Origin: Patescibacteria group bacterium | Lineage (GTDB): Bacteria; Patescibacteriota; Microgenomatia; Levybacterales; GWA1-39-11 | Direction of reading: 5' to 3' | Length of the DNA: 64,000 bases | NCBI GenBank assembly: GCA_035549295.1 | Contig: DASZRG010000033.1 | Location: 2,304 to 66,303, forward strand | Part shown: positions 19,482-27,923 of the stretch, piece by piece | Layout of the letters: each line of letters starts with the position of its first letter | How positions within the stretch are numbered: position 1 is the first letter of the stretch | Notes under the pieces: model-generated | Seen by the model: only the letters and a program-made list of their open reading frames with translations | What the model was told of the DNA's origin: nothing | Databases searched by the model: none | Program-made: the position numbers and the translations under genes

Positions 19482-19588
19482 CCATAATATTCTAGCGCTG
19501 TGAGGCGAGAAATACAAACGTGCATGCGAATTTTATACTAATTTAACTAGTGCGAATTTATACTAATTAGTTGGTTTTAATTATTTAA

Positions 19589-20974
19589 ATGATAAAAAGA
19601 CGGAAGAAATTAACTGGGCGTAAATCATCTGCTATAATCTCTCGCACGATGTTGCAAGAGTTGGCGTTAAAAGAGGCTGTTCGAAATAATGAAAAAAGTA
19701 AGGGCCCCCACACCTCACCCAATCCAGAACATTACCCCAATGGCTATCTGTGGGACTCAAACTTTGCCGCAATAGTCTATGCAGAACTTGGTGAGCCAGA
19801 CCGCGGTGCGCAAGAAGTTGAAACCGTTCTTTCATGGCAAAATAAAAAAAGTGGTTTTATACCAAATATGAAACTCGGATACGGTCGCAATCTAGATATT
19901 GAAAAATATACGTTCACCAATCCAGGACATGAAAGCAATTACTCACAGCCTCCATTTCATGCAAGAGCCGCTATGACAGTGTATAAATCGTATGTTGAAA
20001 GTGGACAAAAAACTAAAGGTGAAAGATTTTTAAAAGATAATTATGAGTCACTCGCTCTGGCATATAAATATTTTATTGACGGGCGGCAAAACTCTGAAAG
20101 CGACCCTTTGATAGGAATTATTCATCCACATGAGACAGGCCGCGACTCAGACCCTACTTTTGACTTTATTAAAAAACGCTTGCCGACAATGCCTGGCAAG
20201 ACTCCAAAAGTAATAAGTCTTGCAAATACGGTCTTTGACTATGGAAGCGCTCTCAAACTAAATGTTGACCTCATGAAAGTTAATTGGAATATAAAGCGTA
20301 TTCGCGAAGAAGGAATTTTTTGGGTCAATGATGTCATGTTCAATGTAGCTTATGCTGAAAACCTAAGGTATATGAGTGAAATCGCCGAGATTGTAGGGAA
20401 TAAAGGTGGCGTAGAATTCTTTGGTCAAAAAGCAGATGATGTTGCGCAAAAGATAATTGGCGAAATGTGGGACGAAAAAAATCAAATGTTTTATGCAACA
20501 GATATAGATGGTGCGCCAATCAAGAAAATTTCGATTTCAAACATAACGCCCATTATGCTTCCTGGTATAAAAAATGAACAACTCTCAAGGATTTTGGATC
20601 TCTTAGATAACAAGGACTGGTTCAATACACCATATCCCATACCATCTGTTCCAGCTAAAAGTCCTAACTTTGACCCACACTATGATGAGAAAAGACTCTG
20701 GCGCGGACCGGTCTGGATGAATACCAACTGGATGATAGTCGAAGCACTTTTTATGCAGGCTGAGAAACCGGGTGTCAAAGGAACAAAACTTGCGGAAAGA
20801 TGTATGAATCGAGCATTTGAAATATGCGAAAAGTCTATAGAGCTTGCAAAAGAACACGGATTCTGGGAATTTTATGATGCAATAAATGGTCAGGGACTTC
20901 GTATCAATCACTTTACCTGGTCAACCCTGGCGGGAGTTATTGAAAAACGATATTTGGAGAAGAAAACCGCCTGA
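19589..20974 (+). CDS. six-hairpin (alpha/alpha)6 glycoside hydrolase, GH63/GH15-like
   Basis: WRGPVWMNTNWM and the C-terminal GFWEFYDAINGQG are typical of six-hairpin glycosidases, which include mannosylglycerate/glucosylglycerate hydrolases. The exact family is not resolved. Confidence 0.5.
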   Translation: MIKRRKKLTGRKSSAIISRTMLQELALKEAVRNNEKSKGPHTSPNPEHYPNGYLWDSNFAAIVYAELGEPDRGAQEVETVLSWQNKKSGFIPNMKLGYGRNLDIEKYTFTNPGHESNYSQPPFHARAAMTVYKSYVESGQKTKGERFLKDNYESLALAYKYFIDGRQNSESDPLIGIIHPHETGRDSDPTFDFIKKRLPTMPGKTPKVISLANTVFDYGSALKLNVDLMKVNWNIKRIREEGIFWVNDVMFNVAYAENLRYMSEIAEIVGNKGGVEFFGQKADDVAQKIIGEMWDEKNQMFYATDIDGAPIKKISISNITPIMLPGIKNEQLSRILDLLDNKDWFNTPYPIPSVPAKSPNFDPHYDEKRLWRGPVWMNTNWMIVEALFMQAEKPGVKGTKLAERCMNRAFEICEKSIELAKEHGFWEFYDAINGQGLRINHFTWSTLAGVIEKRYLEKKTA

Positions 20975-20986
20975 GTACTAACAATT

Positions 20987-21019
20987 GACGATTGACCACT
21001 GACAATTGACCGCTTAATT
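20987..21019. repeat. caattgac direct-repeat motif at the glycosidase 3' end
   Basis: caattgacgattgaccactgacaattgaccgc. Matches 16416..16447 in mRNA sense. Confidence 0.6.
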
Positions 21020-21111
21020 TCCAATTACCAAATGACAGTCTCCAGTTAATTTATTAATTGATCAATTTTAAAATTAATTGGGAGCTGGAACATGCAACTG
21101 GAAATTTTCTC

Positions 21112-21149
21112 GTGATACCCGTGGTACCCATGATACCCTTATGATGACT
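21112..21149. repeat. GTGATACCC-type tandem repeat
   Basis: gtgataccc-gtggtaccc-atgataccc-ttatgatgac. Related arrays at 27722..27763 and 33391..33426. Confidence 0.6.
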
Positions 21150-21879
21150 TGGGTTTGGCGAAGACTAATGTACGTTTCCAGTCCGTGCCAGGCGGCCAGC
21201 AGGTTTGAAGTATCACGCGTTCTCCTTTTCCAAGCGCAGGGTCAATATATGAGACGTCCGAACTATCGACAAGCTTTGTGTCGTAGACAGTATAGTCATA
21301 TCGTTTACCTTTGAAAAATAGATATACATCATCTCCTGGCACCATATCTTTAAGAAGATAAAAAACAGCATTGTAACGCCCTATATCCCAAAAATTGTCT
21401 GCAGAATGGGCAAAAAGATATGTAGTACCGTTCACTCCAGGATATGCTGTGCCCTTGGCATGTGCAATACTGTGAAGCAGCACTCTCAAGTATTCTTCTT
21501 TGTTGGATGGATCAACATTGGCCGTAATTGCCTCAGCCGCACCGATCTTTGGGACAACTATGGAGAAGTCTGTATTTGGCGGAATTAGGATCTTTTCAGT
21601 ATTGTTGGCCACGATATCCGATAGACTTGGACCGTTTTGTGAAAGCGAAGTGTTTCTGTACTTGTCTGCAAGTCGTCCAAGAGCTGTCTCCTGAGGCACA
21701 ACTGGCTTGTTAACCTCTGGCGCAAGGACATACTTTACGCCCCTAACTTTCGACAACTGATATGAGGCTTCGTAATATGCAGATGGCCCAAATGTCGCGA
21801 ATAAACCAAAAATTGAGAAAAGAATAAGAAAATTACTGATGGTCCGAAGTATAAGAAAATTGATAAATTCTCGTCTCAC
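21139..21879 (-). CDS. sortase family transpeptidase
   Basis: N-terminal TM helix. Catalytic His in TTYLFAHS. TLxTC-type Cys motif ILQTCWP. Downstream Arg. GTG start. Confidence 0.7.
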   Translation of the reverse strand: MRREFINFLILRTISNFLILFSIFGLFATFGPSAYYEASYQLSKVRGVKYVLAPEVNKPVVPQETALGRLADKYRNTSLSQNGPSLSDIVANNTEKILIPPNTDFSIVVPKIGAAEAITANVDPSNKEEYLRVLLHSIAHAKGTAYPGVNGTTYLFAHSADNFWDIGRYNAVFYLLKDMVPGDDVYLFFKGKRYDYTVYDTKLVDSSDVSYIDPALGKGERVILQTCWPPGTDWKRTLVFAKPKSS

Positions 21880-21949
21880 TATAAATTTATTATATCCTTT
21901 TTGTGCACCTTTTGAAAAAAATAGCCAGTTGATATAGAATGATTGTGTT

Positions 21950-22621
21950 ATGCCAAGTTTTGGACCTGATCAGATTGAAGCAATGGACAAAAGAAGGACA
22001 CGCCGCAACTTCTTAGGCACAACAATAGCAGGCGGTGCAGCGGCGGCAATCGTAGCGGCTTTCGAATTAAAAAGCAGCAAAAAGAAAATTGTTGCCCAAT
22101 CAACAATTCAGACCCCAACACCCTCGACTGAAACAGGATTGCAGCGAGTGGTTGCGCACAGTCAACCCGAAAACGCAAGTGCCGCTGAAGCTCTCACTCC
22201 AACAATGTTTATTCCCGGCGAAACAAAAATGTCTATGGCAGCAGGCCCAGATGATCTGAAATTCAGACAAGGCATTACACTACAATCTCCTGCGTTTCCA
22301 TACAAATCCTCTATCAATAGCATAAATGGTGCTGATGTATATGGTTCAGCTTGGATAAGCATATTCAATGCAGAGGTTGTAAAAGCCGATGGAAAAGTAT
22401 ATATCAAAATTCCAAAGGTCGACACCGTCATAGGGAGAAACTCTGATGGAACTCCACACTACGATACGCAAAGGAATCTTTTTGTTGAAATTAATAATGA
22501 CACATTAGAAAGCGGACAATTAAAACCTGCAGGCATGCCTATACCTATCGACAAACAAAACGGTATTACGGTTCCTCCTAAAAATGGCCATGCTTTCAGC
22601 GAAATAAAAGCTCTACAGTAG
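21950..22621 (+). CDS. secreted hypothetical protein with a Tat-type signal peptide
   Basis: KRRTRRNFLGTTIAGGAAAAIVAAF fits an RR-x-FLG twin-arginine signal. Confidence 0.5.
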   Translation: MPSFGPDQIEAMDKRRTRRNFLGTTIAGGAAAAIVAAFELKSSKKKIVAQSTIQTPTPSTETGLQRVVAHSQPENASAAEALTPTMFIPGETKMSMAAGPDDLKFRQGITLQSPAFPYKSSINSINGADVYGSAWISIFNAEVVKADGKVYIKIPKVDTVIGRNSDGTPHYDTQRNLFVEINNDTLESGQLKPAGMPIPIDKQNGITVPPKNGHAFSEIKALQ

Positions 22622-22629
22622 ACCTCTCT

Positions 22630-23172
22630 CTATTTCTTTTTTATCTGGAGCATCATAAGGATGATGAGTGCGAATGCGGTAAATGACATAAGGGGAATTG
22701 TGATGTATCCAAACGACGCAACTTGCTTCAGAGCACAGTTTGCAACCTCATCAGAACATGGTAATGGAATCGGGGACATCTGAAGTATGTAGTGGTAAGT
22801 CGCAATAACAATTCCAACTATTGAAAGTGGTAAAACGTAACGCTTGATACCCCAATCATTTTTAAGATTGGCTATTCCAAGTAGTAGAACTTGCGGGTAC
22901 ATACAGATCCTCTGATACCAACATAGTTTGCAAGGAACAAAATGTGCAATTTCAGAGAAAAAGAGCGATCCGGACATCGCAAAAAGGGCTATAAAAAATG
23001 AAAAAATTAAAGCATTGTCTGAAAATAATTGAACAATATTATTCATCGTTTTGTTCTTTTTATTCAATTTTCTGAGGAAAAGTAGAATTGCAAAAAAAAC
23101 GATAAAAATTTGTGCGATCAGTACTAAATCGGCAATGGCAGAAACAACAATACGTGCGCTTGCGTGATCCAT
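22630..23172 (-). CDS. DsbB/BdbC-like disulfide bond formation membrane protein
   Basis: Four TM helices. First-loop CKLCWYQR and second pair CSDEVANC. Same organisation as BdbC/DsbB. Confidence 0.6.
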   Translation of the reverse strand: MDHASARIVVSAIADLVLIAQIFIVFFAILLFLRKLNKKNKTMNNIVQLFSDNALIFSFFIALFAMSGSLFFSEIAHFVPCKLCWYQRICMYPQVLLLGIANLKNDWGIKRYVLPLSIVGIVIATYHYILQMSPIPLPCSDEVANCALKQVASFGYITIPLMSFTAFALIILMMLQIKKK

Positions 23173-23942
23173 TATTTATACTTTGCGGTAATTTCTGCGG
23201 CGATTACTTTCTTGAAATCTTCATAATTTGACGGAAGAGGTGACATCGGAACATTGTCGACAAAGAATGTTGGAGTACCTGAGACCCCCACGACTCCACC
23301 CTCGTCCATAGTCTGACTAATTTTCTTAGATGTATCTGAACTATCGATATCTATATTAAGCTTGTCAGTGCTCATACCAAGAGCTTTTGCTGCTGCAACC
23401 ATTTTTGCGCGGGCATCAGTTGCTGCAAGATCTGCCCATGAATCCTGATTGTCATACAGCCAATCATGCATTTGCCAGAATTTTCCTTGATCGCCAGCGG
23501 CAACTGCTACTTTTGCTGCGAGTTCTGCATTTGGGTGGACTGTCGTGAGCGGAAAATTCTTATAAAGAAGCTTCATTTTTCCATTAAATTCTTGTGATGC
23601 TTGTCTAACAAGTGGCTCATACGCCTTACATGCAGGACATTGAAGATCACCAAATTCAACCAAGGTAACTTTGGCATTCTGATCACCTCTAACATATCCA
23701 GCACTACTGAGAACAATTGGCTTGTCTTTTTCTTTCTTGATGGAGAATATGATAAACCCGAAGAAGGCTACAAAAATAAGAACACCGAGTGAGATAATAA
23801 TCCATTTCGCAGCTCCACTGCCACCTCCGGACTGACTTTTGGCCTCTTGCTTCTCGAGTCTTCGAAGCTCTTTTATCTCTTTCTTGGTCATCTTATTATC
23901 ATCCATGGAGTATATGATAGGAGATATGTGAAAGTTAGTCAA
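23172..23942 (-). CDS. DsbA/BdbD-like thioredoxin-fold thiol:disulfide oxidoreductase
   Basis: Membrane anchor plus CPAC active site (GDLQCPACKAYEP) in a DsbA-length domain. Translationally coupled to the DsbB-like gene. Confidence 0.7.
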   Translation of the reverse strand: MTNFHISPIIYSMDDNKMTKKEIKELRRLEKQEAKSQSGGGSGAAKWIIISLGVLIFVAFFGFIIFSIKKEKDKPIVLSSAGYVRGDQNAKVTLVEFGDLQCPACKAYEPLVRQASQEFNGKMKLLYKNFPLTTVHPNAELAAKVAVAAGDQGKFWQMHDWLYDNQDSWADLAATDARAKMVAAAKALGMSTDKLNIDIDSSDTSKKISQTMDEGGVVGVSGTPTFFVDNVPMSPLPSNYEDFKKVIAAEITAKYK

Positions 23943-23976
23943 CCCCGATTTAATCGGGGTCTGTGACTTGCGATAA

Positions 23977-23985
23977 TGATATAAT
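23977..23985 (+). promoter_or_regulatory. extended -10 box TGATATAAT upstream of the tRNA pair
   Basis: TGnTATAAT lies 9 nt before the tRNA-Arg 5' end. The same 9-mer precedes the CDS starts at 49147 and 49802. Confidence 0.45.
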
Positions 23986-23994
23986 TACCCGAGT

Positions 23995-24068
23995 GTCCCC
24001 GTAGCTCAATTGGATTGAGCAGGCCCGTCCTAAGGGCAAGATTGGAGGTTCAAGTCCTCTCGGGGACG
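23995..24068 (+). tRNA. tRNA-Arg (anticodon CCT)
   Basis: Hand-folded cloverleaf. Acceptor gtccccg/cggggac. D-stem gctc/gagc. Anticodon loop gtCCTaa with U33 and A37. T-arm ggagg-ttcaagt-cctct. CCA is not encoded. Confidence 0.6.
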
Positions 24069-24070
24069 CA

Positions 24071-24142
24071 CGGGGTGTAGGTCATCGGTAGACCGCGCGA
24101 TTCGGGTTCGCGAGGCAGGGAGTCCAATTCTCCCCACCCCGA
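24071..24142 (+). tRNA. tRNA-Pro (anticodon CGG)
   Basis: Hand-folded. Acceptor cggggtg/caccccg. D-stem ggtc/gacc. Anticodon stem cgcga/tcgcg with loop ttCGGgt. T-arm gggag-tccaatt-ctccc. Confidence 0.6.
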
Positions 24143-24146
24143 CATT

Positions 24147-24800
24147 TTATAAGTTTTCCTCGATCAACTTTAGGGTTTTTTCATCTTCTAAAATTCTAGT
24201 GTGGCCTACGACATCAACGCGAATATTTTTTGCACCTCTTAAGTACGAATGTGAGGAAGGCAAGATATGAAGATCGTATTTGGAATAGACATTTGTTATT
24301 TTTGAATTATTTTTACTCTTTCTATTAACCTCTTTTAATACTCTTGAGTCATACGACAACTCGCGCAGCGAAAATGTGGGCCAATATCCCCAGATCGTCC
24401 CCTTGTATGGCACGCTAATGCTAATGACCCTTTTAACTTTTGATGTCCTATCAAGTAAAAGTTTTGCAATAATCCCGCCCTTACTGTGCGATATTAATGT
24501 GACATTCCTCAACTTGTGACTTTCTACATATTCTTCAATCAACTCTACACTTTTATCGATTGGTAACATGCCGTGTCCAAGACTCACGGGAAAATGAATC
24601 TTGTAACCTTTTTCATTTAGAAAATTCCCAATGACAGAAAGAAAATTCCAACCTTCTGCAAAACCTGGAATGATAATTATGTTTTCTTTTTTTCCGTTAG
24701 ACCAATAATTTGGCACTGAAGGCGTGATGAGACCTTCGACTTGTCTTATTATAATAAGAGCACATTCCGCAATAAATCCGGTGAAAATTTTGACGAGCAT
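24147..24800 (-). CDS. alpha/beta-hydrolase (lipase/esterase-like)
   Basis: Nucleophile elbow ISHSKGG (G-x-S-x-G) plus a downstream His. Lipase/PGAP1-like size. Confidence 0.55.
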   Translation of the reverse strand: MLVKIFTGFIAECALIIIRQVEGLITPSVPNYWSNGKKENIIIIPGFAEGWNFLSVIGNFLNEKGYKIHFPVSLGHGMLPIDKSVELIEEYVESHKLRNVTLISHSKGGIIAKLLLDRTSKVKRVISISVPYKGTIWGYWPTFSLRELSYDSRVLKEVNRKSKNNSKITNVYSKYDLHILPSSHSYLRGAKNIRVDVVGHTRILEDEKTLKLIEENL

Positions 24801-24866
24801 ACGCTATTTTAACATCTTACATTTTTCACGTTGACAAGATAATTTTTTCCTGATAATGTATTTATA

Positions 24867-25088
24867 ATGCCCAAAAAGAAGTCCGCTCCAAAAAAAGTCG
24901 CAAGGAAATCTGCTCCAAAAAAAGTAGCAAGAAGTAGCTCTACAAAGCGAGCAAATAACAGTAGAACATTTTCATTCTGGATTGGTGTTATAACAATTGT
25001 GGTAATTGGAATTCTAGTACTCGCCTACTCACAAGGTAACAATTATAAAAACGCCATCAGCTCCTACACCGGCGCTTCGCAGCAATAG
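24867..25088 (+). CDS. small Lys-rich membrane protein (73 aa)
   Basis: N-terminal SAPKKVAR tandem, then one TM helix. Confidence 0.35.
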   Translation: MPKKKSAPKKVARKSAPKKVARSSSTKRANNSRTFSFWIGVITIVVIGILVLAYSQGNNYKNAISSYTGASQQ

Positions 25089-25150
25089 TAATTAGTTACT
25101 AGAAATCCCCACAGAATAATTAATCTTTAAGATATGGTCAAGAGTGTTTT

Positions 25151-25237
25151 ACCATGGCAGGGTTTTTACCATGGCAGGGTTTGACCTTGCCAAGATTAGC
25201 TTCAAAACTGGTGTTTGGCAGGGTTTGACCTTGCCAT
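25151..25237. repeat. REP doublet, upstream flank of the RAYT
   Basis: Partial copy accatggcagggttttt. Then the 70-bp unit at 25168..25237: accatggcagggtttgaccttgccaag, attagcttcaaaactggtgt, ttggcagggtttgaccttgcca. Each REP is an imperfect palindrome ggcaggg-tttga-ccttgcc. Confidence 0.85.
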
Positions 25238-25273
25238 ATTGACAGTAAATACTACTACTCGTATTGTAAGAGT

Positions 25274-25954
25274 GTGCCTGCAAAAAATAGAATTAAACCT
25301 TATATTGAAAATGGTTATTACCACATCTATAACCGCGGGGTAAACAAAAGACTTATTTTCAAAGACAAAAAGGACTGCATCGTTTTTCAAAGATTCCTAA
25401 AGCAATATCTATCTCCGAAAGATGATTTAAAAGAATTTATGAGACCGGGTGAGCGCTTGGATCGACTCATGAAGACGAATATGCATGGAGAGCTTGAGAT
25501 TCTGGCTTTTGCTCTAATGCCAAATCATTTCCATCTCTTAGTACGCCAAAAGAAACCAGAAGCTATCATAAAATTCATGAGACGTCTATGTACTTCCTAC
25601 TCTATGTATATAAATAGAAAATATCAACGAGTTGGACATTTATTCCAAGATGCATATAAAGGTGTTTTAGTTTTAGATGATCAATATCTGCTTCACTTAT
25701 CTAGATATATACATCTCAATCCAGATGCTCTAGACTCTGGCATGATAAATTTTAGAGAGTTCAATAGTTATCCATACTACTTGGGTGAACAATCAGCGAA
25801 ATGGGTTAACACAAAATACATTCTTAAGTATTTTAGAAATGAAAAAGTTGGTAACCACAATGGTTCATATGAAAATTTTATTGAAGACTATCGTAAATCC
25901 TCTACAAAAAACTTTCTTATTGGTTTAGCTCTTGATGATGACGACGTCGTTTGA
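25274..25954 (+). CDS. REP-associated tyrosine transposase (RAYT, IS200-like Y1 HUH transposase)
   Basis: HUH motif NHFHLLV. Catalytic Tyr region LSRYIHLNP. The size is that of the Y1 transposase fold. Flanked on both sides by identical REP doublets. GTG start. Confidence 0.8.
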   Translation: MPAKNRIKPYIENGYYHIYNRGVNKRLIFKDKKDCIVFQRFLKQYLSPKDDLKEFMRPGERLDRLMKTNMHGELEILAFALMPNHFHLLVRQKKPEAIIKFMRRLCTSYSMYINRKYQRVGHLFQDAYKGVLVLDDQYLLHLSRYIHLNPDALDSGMINFREFNSYPYYLGEQSAKWVNTKYILKYFRNEKVGNHNGSYENFIEDYRKSSTKNFLIGLALDDDDVV

Positions 25955-26023
25955 CCATGGCAGGGTTTGACCTTGCCAAGATTAGCTTCAAAACTGGTGT
26001 TTGGCAGGGTTTGACCTTGCCAG
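25954..26023. repeat. REP doublet, downstream flank of the RAYT
   Basis: Identical 70-bp unit to 25168..25237, beginning at the RAYT stop codon. Confidence 0.85.
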
Positions 26024-26029
26024 AAAGAG

Positions 26030-27055
26030 TTATTGGTCTGGGTCGTCATGGCCTTCGGGGTATTTGGGGATGGCGCGGCGCTCGTCGTCTTCTGGTTCTC
26101 GATTAGAAAAGCCCATGGACAATCCCAGAATGTGCGGTACTTTTGTCCATCCAACTTCCGGTAGTCCATTTACTGTCTCGTAGGGTTTTGAAACATCTAG
26201 AGCATCATCAAACTCTTGTCGACTAACTCGAATAGGTACAACAATTTTTTTAACGACTTCTCGCTCGAGATCTGTTTGCAATATCGTGAGCGCCAAACCT
26301 CTTTCTTCGATTTGTTGGACCCACCACTCAATATTATATTTAAATGGGGAAGACATATTCTCTGCCACCATCCATGCTCTATAGTTTTCGGGATGACTCA
26401 ACATAACAGGGTTACTTAAAAAACTATACTTATGTCCACTATCCGCAAAATTCCAGTGTTCGGCAGATTGACCACCATTTCCATCTCTTGCAATCGTAAA
26501 CGTAAAATCTTCTGCTTCACTGTCTATTGGTGAGAACATTCCTCCTAGAATTATTTCATCGAGCACAATATCTTGACGTTTTCTGTCGTAACTGTATGTT
26601 GCTTTTAAAAGATCTGGAAGAGTCTCGTCTGCTTCGACGGCATCATAAGGATCTGGAAGAGTCTCGTCTGCTTCGACTGTATCAAGTGATTTGTGGAAAT
26701 CGACAGATAAAACTTTTTCTCCCGGTTTTAACTTATACATTGAGTTGTAGTGACCCCTTTTTACTTCTAGAGTAAATGTTTTACTTTTTACTAGAGCTTC
26801 GTCGACATGAAATGTAAACGAATTCAAATATAAAGAGCTAATTTTATTACCCGTATCTAGATCGTGAAATCTCTCAAGGTATGTCTCTATGTCAAATGGT
26901 GGCGCCAGCCGCGGCGTATAAATACTTATAAAACCGGCCCTGATATTCATTGGGCGACCAGGTGTAAACTGTTGACTTTCATCTAAAGTGATTCCCCAAC
27001 TTTTAGGAATAATTGGTTGCCCGTCACGACTTGTTCCATTTTCAGCATATGACAT
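26030..27055 (-). CDS. hypothetical protein with an internal 39-bp tandem duplication
   Basis: ORF trimmed to MSYAENG. The longest ORF (to 27181) would overlap ndk. The unit gatctggaagagtctcgtctgcttcgac is duplicated at 26611..26677, giving VEADETLPD twice. Confidence 0.45.
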   Translation of the reverse strand: MSYAENGTSRDGQPIIPKSWGITLDESQQFTPGRPMNIRAGFISIYTPRLAPPFDIETYLERFHDLDTGNKISSLYLNSFTFHVDEALVKSKTFTLEVKRGHYNSMYKLKPGEKVLSVDFHKSLDTVEADETLPDPYDAVEADETLPDLLKATYSYDRKRQDIVLDEIILGGMFSPIDSEAEDFTFTIARDGNGGQSAEHWNFADSGHKYSFLSNPVMLSHPENYRAWMVAENMSSPFKYNIEWWVQQIEERGLALTILQTDLEREVVKKIVVPIRVSRQEFDDALDVSKPYETVNGLPEVGWTKVPHILGLSMGFSNREPEDDERRAIPKYPEGHDDPDQ

Positions 27056-27098
27056 ATTATGGGATATTATACCACGAAAATAAGAAAATGAGGGGGGA

Positions 27099-27671
27099 CT
27101 AGATGTTCTCGTCGGAGCGTTTGTAAGAGTGGATTTCCGAAGGTTCGAACCAAAGCATTTTTTCAAAGTTAGCTTCTTCAACCGAAGCTGAAATATGGAC
27201 GAGATTCATAACACCACGACGCTCATCATTGGCATATGCTGCTGAGTCGGTTGAGAAATCACCGCGAATTGTACCAGCTGGCGCTGCGACTGGCATAGTT
27301 GGACCTGCCATATTTACGACATTTTCCACTGCGTGTCGACCTTCAAGAATCATAGCTAGAATTGGTCCTGACTGGACATAGTCAAATAGCCATTTGTTAA
27401 CGAGTTTTCCAAGCTCAAGCGGGTCATCTGTTCCAAATTCTTTGATGGGATCTTTACCGTATTTTGTGTAGGTTGAGAGAGTCTTCTCCCCCCAGCGCTT
27501 AAGGGTTGCTTCCTTGTCTGATTGGTAGTGCTTGAGAAGTCTCTCTTCATCTGGCGCTACCATTTTCATTGCAACAATTTTGAGTCCCATTCGCTCAAAA
27601 CGATGTAAAATCTCACCAATTATTCCGCGCTTGACGCCGTCTGGCTTAATGAGAACTAACGTTTGTTCCAT
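27099..27671 (-). CDS. ndk: nucleoside diphosphate kinase (long form)
   Basis: LVLIKPDGVKRGIIGEIL..., GPILAMILEG, active-site His in NLVHISAS. Longer than typical Ndk because of insertions. Confidence 0.75.
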   Translation of the reverse strand: MEQTLVLIKPDGVKRGIIGEILHRFERMGLKIVAMKMVAPDEERLLKHYQSDKEATLKRWGEKTLSTYTKYGKDPIKEFGTDDPLELGKLVNKWLFDYVQSGPILAMILEGRHAVENVVNMAGPTMPVAAPAGTIRGDFSTDSAAYANDERRGVMNLVHISASVEEANFEKMLWFEPSEIHSYKRSDENI

Positions 27672-27721
27672 TCAGATATTATAAGAATTTCGCAGATGTT
27701 TTACAAGGAGTGATTGGGATA

Positions 27722-27763
27722 TGAGTATACAGTATTGAGTATCGAGTATTGAGTTAACAGGAT
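27722..27763. repeat. GAGTATC/GATACTC tandem repeat
   Basis: gagtatacagtattgagtatcgagtattgagtta. Reverse-complement relative of the arrays at 21112 and 33391. Confidence 0.55.
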
Positions 27764-27789
27764 AAAGGGTTTGCGAGTTAATGCGGAAT

Positions 27790-27897
27790 ACCACCCTCAT
27801 CCCAGCTTTCACCTCTCGAGGGAGAAGGAAGAATATTTCTTGTGGATTACTATGAATTGGGAAAGAGAAATCAAGGTTTTAGACTATTACAGAAAAC
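27790..27897. repeat. composite repeat A copy
   Basis: ccaccctcatccc, then hairpin cctctcgagggagaagg, then atcaaggttttagactattacagaaaac. Compare 10856..10921. Confidence 0.65.
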
Positions 27898-27923
27898 TAG
27901 GAGCTAACGAGTTTGATTCTCTA

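Noticed and set aside
21078-21314. 78-aa plus ORF with a TTG start
   Set aside because: Overlaps the sortase gene antisense and consists partly of the GTGATACCC tandem repeat. No coding signal.
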